The notes under the pieces: model-generated
What the model was told of the DNA's origin: nothing
What the model saw: the letters and a program-made list of their open reading frames with translations, nothing else
The model's database searches: none
Program-made: the position numbers and the translations under genes
Part shown: in pieces, positions 24,903 to 30,016 of the stretch
Numbering within the stretch: position 1 is the first letter of the stretch
Layout of the letters: every line of letters begins with the position of its first letter
Assembly: GCA_040752415.1 (NCBI GenBank)
Contig: JBFMGU010000129.1
Coordinates: 1 to 30,016 of the forward strand
Source: Myxococcota bacterium
GTDB taxonomy: Bacteria > Myxococcota > JACRCW01
DNA: 30,016 nucleotides
Direction: 5' to 3'

Positions 24903-27900
24903 ATGAGTGAGCCCGTGGTCACCCCGGAAGGCGCACCGCCGTCACCTGCTCCCGCGTCGACGTGGACGTGGGCGCAGGAAGTCCGCGTGCTGGGGGCGCT
25001 GGCCGCGGTGGCCATGGTGTTCGTGGGGCCGTTGATCTGGAGGCTCACCGCCGTCGGGGGCGAGCTGGACTGGCGGTACTTCCAGCAGCTCTGGGAGACG
25101 GACCGTCGGAGTCTCGTCGAGTTCGGGCAGATTCCGTTCTGGAATCCCTGGTACTGCGGCGGCAACGCCCAGCTGGCCAACCCACAGACGCAGTTCTTCT
25201 CGTTGTTCAGTCCCTTCTCGTGGCTGTTGGGCGCCGCGGTGGGCATCAAGTTCCACATCCTGGGTCACTACGCGCTGGGCATGTGGGGGACGTGGCGGCT
25301 TGGTCGCGCGCATGGGCTTGGGGTGTTGGGCGCGTTCGCCGCGTCGACGGTGTTCTGCCTCAGCGGCTTCTTCGCCATGCGCGCGGGCGGTGGCCACTCG
25401 GCGTTCCTGCCGTTCTTCCTCATGCCGTGGGCCGCGTACTTCTACCTGAGCGGTCTGCGCACGTTGCAGGGTGGCGTGGCGTTGGGTCTGACGTTGGGGC
25501 TGATGCTGCTCGAGGGCGGCATGTACCCCTTCTCGCTGACGCTGGGGATGTTGTGCTTCCTGGCCGCGCATGACCTGGTGACGTCGTCGGAGAAGCGCGC
25601 GGTCTTGCGCACGGGCGTGGTGGCGCTGCTCACCGTGTTGCCGGCGGCGGCGGTGAAGCTGGGGCCGTTGATGGAGTTCGTCGGCGAGTTCCCGCGCACC
25701 GTGCCCGTCAAGGATTCGCTGAACCTGACGCGTGTGCTCTCCATGTTCGTCTCGCGGTCCATGGAGCGGAACTGCGCGGGCTGCGTGTACGTGTGGCCGG
25801 AGTACATCAACTACGTCGGGCCGCTGGTGCTGGTGGTGTTCATCCTGAGCCTGCGCCGGCTGGCTGACGCGCGGTGGCGACGTGCGTACGTGGTGGCCGC
25901 GTGCGCAGGACTCCTCCTCATTGGCGACCACGGTCCCGCGTCTCCGTACGTCCTGCTGCACAACGTCCCGCCCTACGACAGCCTGCGTGTTCCCGGGCGC
26001 TGGGCCATCCTCGTCGTGCTGCAGATGGCGCTGCTGTTTGGGGCGTTCATGGATGGGCTGCCGGCGTGGATTTCCCGACGTCGTCCCGCCTGGGCCGCGC
26101 GCGCGCCGGTGATGGCGTGGGGACTGCTTGCCGCGGTGGGGCTGGACCTGATGCTGCAGAACGGGAGGCTCTGGTCGCCGGGGTTCAAGGACATTCCGCC
26201 GCCGGTGACGACGGAGCCGTTCCGCCAGGAGAAGGGCAACGCGTTCAATGCGTGGCTGGATACGCGACGCAACATTGGCACCCTGGATTGCTATGAGCCC
26301 GCGCAGATCCCGACGTCAAAGGGCCTGTGGACGGGAAAGACGGAGCAGGTGCGCGTGGAGGGGAACGCGGGCACGGCCCGGCTGGTGACGTTCTCGCCCA
26401 ACAAGCTGGTCGTGGAAGCGAACCTGACGCGTGAGGGGACGGTGCTCATCAACCAGAACCATCACCGCCTGTGGCGCGTCGTCGACGGGGGAGGGGAGGT
26501 GGTGAGCGCCAACGGGGTTCTCGCGCTGAAGTTGCCCGCGGGACAGCAGACGGTGACGTTGCGCTACCAGCCCACGGGATTCTGGGGATACGCGCTGCTG
26601 TCCCTGGTGGCGTGGGTGGTCGGCATTCGACTGCTGTGGCGTCGTCGCCAGGAGCCGTTTGCTCCGTTCTCGCTGGCGTGGCCGTTGGAGCCAGCCGTTG
26701 CGGGTCCGTCGTTGATGGTTGCTCCGAGTCCTCCGCCCATGTCCTCCACGCCTGAACCCACGCCGCCCTCTCCCGACGTCACCGCCGCAGTTGTTCCTCC
26801 CGAGCCGCCACCTGCTCCACGTCCGTCACGACAGGTTGCGCCGCTGGGCGGATGGATTGCGTCCGCGCTGGTGGCGGGTGTTGTGACCGGGCTTGGCCTC
26901 GGCGTCGTCGAGTTGGTGGACCTGGTGATGCGCGGCGTGGCGCCGGCGTCGGGGAAGGTGTCGCTGGCCCTGGTCCTCTCGCTGCTCGACGGATTCGCGG
27001 GTCTTGGGCTCGGCATCCTCCTCGCCGTGCTCGCGACGTTGGCGTGGCCGGGGCATCGCGTGGGGCGGTCGATCACGGCGCCGATCCGGTGGCTGCAGGG
27101 GGCGGATGTCGTCGAGAAACCGGGTGCGGCGGTGTTCGCGCGCATGGGCGGCCTGCTGGTGGGCGCGCTGGTGCTCGCGGGTGGTGTGACCGCGCTGGTG
27201 CTGTGGAGCGGCAAGGCGTTCAACGCGCGTGAGCTGGCAGCGGCGCTCGTGGGTGTGCTGGGTCTGGTGGTGCTGGTGGTGGCGATTGTCGTCGGAGCGG
27301 TGGTGGAGGCGGCGCTGTGGAAGCTGGCGAGCGCCTCTCCATTGCGCGTGCTCCACGACGACCGCTTCGTGGGCACCATGCCGTGGGTGCTGCTGGGTGT
27401 TGCAGCGGTGGCGCTGGGGGGACGTGCGGCCGCGCCCATCCTGAAGGGAACGGACCTGCGTCCCGCGTGGTACCCGCTGGGCACGCTCGCCGCGGCCATT
27501 GCGCTCGCGGTGCTGGTGTCGTCGAGGATTTCGCGTTCCGCGCGCGTGGCGGCACTGGCCGCGGTGGTGGGCGGTATCCTTGCGGGGGCGGTCGGGTTGT
27601 TGCTGGTGACGCGCGTCGAGGGCGGTGCCGTGGCGATGGAGCGTGGCATGGTGGCCAGCCCGCTGGTGCGTACGCTGCGCGACGTGGCGGACCGGGACAA
27701 GGACGGTTTCAGCAGCATCCTGGGCGGTGGTGATTGTGACGACGCATCCGCCGCGGTGAATCCCAGGGCGCTGGACGTGCCCGACAACGGCGTCGACGAG
27801 GATTGCTCCGGTGAGGACTTCCATCCCCCTCCACGCGACCTGGCCGTGCACAGCGCCGCATTGCCTCCCGGCGTGGGCCCGTACCGCAACGTGTTGTTCA

Positions 27901-29021
27901 TCATCGTCGACACGCTGCGACAGGACCGGTTGCACCTGTTTGGCAACTCCCGTCCCACCACGCCATTCCTCGACGAGCTCGCGAACTCCTCGGCGGTGTT
28001 CACGCGCGCGTATGCCAACGGCGTGCGGAGTCACCGCTCGATTCCGAGCATCCTGACGGGGCGCTACCCCTCGCGTCTCCACATGGGGCCGAGCAAGACG
28101 GAGCTGCTGACGTTGTTGCCGCAGAACGTTTCCATCGCGGAGCGCCTGGGCCCGTTGGGTTACAGCGCGGCGAGCTTCATCCTGGAGAAGTACTTCGAGG
28201 GGCAGGAGGGGCTGACGCAGGGGTTTGATTTCTTCAATCCCCGTCGGGTGGACCCCAACTATCGCGACTGGTCGCGGCCGCAGGCGGAGGGCGTGGTCAA
28301 CGCGACCATCAACTGGATCAATGAGCAGACCCAGGCGGGCAAGCCGTGGATTGCGTGGCCGCACATCTATGACCCGCACCTCTACTGGCACGACACGCCG
28401 TTCGGCACCGACGAGCTCGCGCGTTTCGACGCAGCGGTGCGGTACGTGGACAGCCAGGTGGCGCGGCTTGTTCAGCACGTGAAGTCGCTCCCCGACGGGA
28501 ACCAGACGATCATCGTGTTCACGGCGGACCACGGGCAGGGGCTTGGCACGCACGGCGAGCACGGGCACGGGCAGAACATGTGGGAAGAGGACGTGAAGGT
28601 GCCGATGCTCATCCACGCGCCTGGCTTCCCCGCGCAGCGGGTGGACACCGTCGTGGAGAATGTGGACCTGGTGCCCACGGTGTTGAACCTGTTGGGGCTG
28701 ACCAAGGACGTGGACCCCATGCTGGACGGGAAGACGCTGGTTCCCTTCCTGGTGAGCGGTGACGCCGCGGCGAAGGGTGACCCGGGCGTGGCCATCGTCG
28801 AGGGAATGACGGACCCCAAGCAGCCGCATGACCGGCGCGCCGTGGTGCAGGGGCCGTGGAAATTGATCGTGGACCTCGACGTGGGGACCATGCAGCTCTT
28901 CCACCTCCCCGACGACCCGCAGGAGCGGAAGAACGTTGCTGGCGAGCACCCCGACCGCGTGCGTGAGATGCGCGCGATTCTGGACCGGCATTCCGCGTTG
29001 TCGCGCTACATCGTCCGCTGA
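24903..29021 (+). CDS. 1372-aa membrane protein: YfhO/GT-C-like region, Pro linker, TM bundle, MopE-like metal-binding motif and sulfatase-like domain
   Basis: PFWNPWYCGG...ANPQ and SLRVPGRW motifs; C-terminal beta domain (FSPNKL..., GQQTVTLRYQP); DRDKDGF...DCDD...NP...DNGVDEDC; IVDTLRQD, DPH, ADHG and VDLVPTVL. Confidence 0.88.
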   Translation: MSEPVVTPEGAPPSPAPASTWTWAQEVRVLGALAAVAMVFVGPLIWRLTAVGGELDWRYFQQLWETDRRSLVEFGQIPFWNPWYCGGNAQLANPQTQFFSLFSPFSWLLGAAVGIKFHILGHYALGMWGTWRLGRAHGLGVLGAFAASTVFCLSGFFAMRAGGGHSAFLPFFLMPWAAYFYLSGLRTLQGGVALGLTLGLMLLEGGMYPFSLTLGMLCFLAAHDLVTSSEKRAVLRTGVVALLTVLPAAAVKLGPLMEFVGEFPRTVPVKDSLNLTRVLSMFVSRSMERNCAGCVYVWPEYINYVGPLVLVVFILSLRRLADARWRRAYVVAACAGLLLIGDHGPASPYVLLHNVPPYDSLRVPGRWAILVVLQMALLFGAFMDGLPAWISRRRPAWAARAPVMAWGLLAAVGLDLMLQNGRLWSPGFKDIPPPVTTEPFRQEKGNAFNAWLDTRRNIGTLDCYEPAQIPTSKGLWTGKTEQVRVEGNAGTARLVTFSPNKLVVEANLTREGTVLINQNHHRLWRVVDGGGEVVSANGVLALKLPAGQQTVTLRYQPTGFWGYALLSLVAWVVGIRLLWRRRQEPFAPFSLAWPLEPAVAGPSLMVAPSPPPMSSTPEPTPPSPDVTAAVVPPEPPPAPRPSRQVAPLGGWIASALVAGVVTGLGLGVVELVDLVMRGVAPASGKVSLALVLSLLDGFAGLGLGILLAVLATLAWPGHRVGRSITAPIRWLQGADVVEKPGAAVFARMGGLLVGALVLAGGVTALVLWSGKAFNARELAAALVGVLGLVVLVVAIVVGAVVEAALWKLASASPLRVLHDDRFVGTMPWVLLGVAAVALGGRAAAPILKGTDLRPAWYPLGTLAAAIALAVLVSSRISRSARVAALAAVVGGILAGAVGLLLVTRVEGGAVAMERGMVASPLVRTLRDVADRDKDGFSSILGGGDCDDASAAVNPRALDVPDNGVDEDCSGEDFHPPPRDLAVHSAALPPGVGPYRNVLFIIVDTLRQDRLHLFGNSRPTTPFLDELANSSAVFTRAYANGVRSHRSIPSILTGRYPSRLHMGPSKTELLTLLPQNVSIAERLGPLGYSAASFILEKYFEGQEGLTQGFDFFNPRRVDPNYRDWSRPQAEGVVNATINWINEQTQAGKPWIAWPHIYDPHLYWHDTPFGTDELARFDAAVRYVDSQVARLVQHVKSLPDGNQTIIVFTADHGQGLGTHGEHGHGQNMWEEDVKVPMLIHAPGFPAQRVDTVVENVDLVPTVLNLLGLTKDVDPMLDGKTLVPFLVSGDAAAKGDPGVAIVEGMTDPKQPHDRRAVVQGPWKLIVDLDVGTMQLFHLPDDPQERKNVAGEHPDRVREMRAILDRHSALSRYIVR

Positions 29022-29067
29022 GGCGCCAGATCGTCCTCTGAGGGAGGGGGCTGCGTCGAAACGATCT

Positions 29068-29355
29068 GCGCATGTTGGCGAGACGGGCGAACACCTAACC
29101 CCCCACGTTCGCGCCACTGCGGCCACCCGCCCCCCTTCCCCAGACCCGATTTTCCGTCGTCACCGAGCCGGGGAAGGGGGGCAATCCATGGGCGCGGCAA
29201 CCCTCTTTCCGACGAGAAAACGCCGCACAGCCAATGCGCGCCCCCATTCCCCGCAATGGGTTGACGACGTTGAGCGGGTGTGGGGAAGGGGGGCGAGTGG
29301 ACGCCGTGGCGCGAACGTGGGGGGTCAGGTGTTCGCCCGCCTCGCCGACATGCGC
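29068..29355. repeat. ~290-bp palindromic element with 81-bp inverted arms
   Basis: 29068-29148 versus 29275-29355 are reverse complements with about 7 mismatches; there is further inner pairing. Confidence 0.88.
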
Positions 29356-29446
29356 GACGAATCCTGACGCACCCCATAACGCGGTGTGCGCGCCGCCAAG
29401 CGACAACGCGCACCCAGGTCCATCCAGCGAATCGGTTGTGCGCGGC

Positions 29447-30016
29447 TCAGTTGACCTTCACGCGCACGCTTCCGGTCTGCTGCGTTCCCGGCGGAGGCGG
29501 AAGACCCAGCGCTGCCGCAATGGCCGCCAGGACGCCCAGCAGACCACCGCTGGCGGCGGCACCACCAATGGCCACACTGCCGGCCAGCACCGCCACCACG
29601 CCGACGACACCAATCGCCAGCACCGCCAACACCAGCAGCACCACCACGCCCACAACACCACCACCGACGACGTACAGCAGCGGATTGCGCAGCAGCGAGT
29701 TCTGGTCCTCGTCGGCGGCGCCCACGGCACCGCGCTGCGTGGAGCTGGTGGCTTTGGGCTTCGGCTTGTCCGGCATGGCCTTCACTTCACGCGTCTTCCC
29801 CATGCCGCGCGGCCTGGTGGTGCCGGTGTCGTCGAGGGGCTCGTCGCCGGTATCCACCAGGCGACTATTCCCCTCATCCACGGGCTCATCCCCCACGGCG
29901 CGTCCACCGCTCTCCTCGCCCGGGAGCACCGTCTCCTCCGTCGGTTCCGGCTGGGCCTTCGGCGGCGGCTCTTCCGTGCGCTCGTCGGGCGGGGCCAGCA
30001 GCTCATCCTCGGGGCT
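29447..30016 (-). CDS. C-terminal part of a membrane-anchored hypothetical protein (5' end outside the window)
   Basis: The frame stays open to the window end; acidic/Pro low-complexity region followed by a long Gly/Val/Ala hydrophobic segment; stop at 29447. Confidence 0.7.
   Translation of the reverse strand, partial: SPEDELLAPPDERTEEPPPKAQPEPTEETVLPGEESGGRAVGDEPVDEGNSRLVDTGDEPLDDTGTTRPRGMGKTREVKAMPDKPKPKATSSTQRGAVGAADEDQNSLLRNPLLYVVGGGVVGVVVLLVLAVLAIGVVGVVAVLAGSVAIGGAAASGGLLGVLAAIAAALGLPPPPGTQQTGSVRVKVN

Noticed and set aside
28936..29413. Short ORFs over the 29.1-29.4 kb palindrome
   Set aside because: The same peptide appears on both strands because of the palindrome; not credible genes

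Overview
High-GC bacterial chromosomal DNA, probably Myxococcota or a related former deltaproteobacterium (inferred from gene families). In order: (1) a non-coding, repeat-rich leader (1-430); (2) a riboflavin/antitermination operon ribE-ribBA(X)-ribH-nusB followed by a stand-alone M17-peptidase N-terminal-like gene (465-3780); (3) six minus-strand genes: a MenA1/MenT1-like nucleotidyltransferase toxin-antitoxin pair, a membrane sulfatase-like enzyme, an exported EEP-family protein, cysE and a hypothetical gene (3840-9078); (4) a tightly coupled nine-gene chemosensory operon with no chemoreceptor (DUF4388-REC-GAF-like, CheY, CheA, two CheW, Zn-ribbon pseudo-receiver, HEAT repeat, CheR, CheB; 9291-19567); (5) a REP-like inverted repeat; (6) a short-type parE-parC pair; (7) an Asp-rich lipoprotein divergent from a 1372-aa YfhO/GT-C-like plus sulfatase-like fusion; (8) a ~290-bp palindromic element and a truncated membrane-protein gene. 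The most notable observations are the GT-C/sulfatase-like fusion, the MenAT1-like module with a possible Asp-to-Val change, the receptor-less Che system with intact CheR/CheB, and the inactive GTP cyclohydrolase II domain. All calls come from motif recognition by eye; no searches were run.
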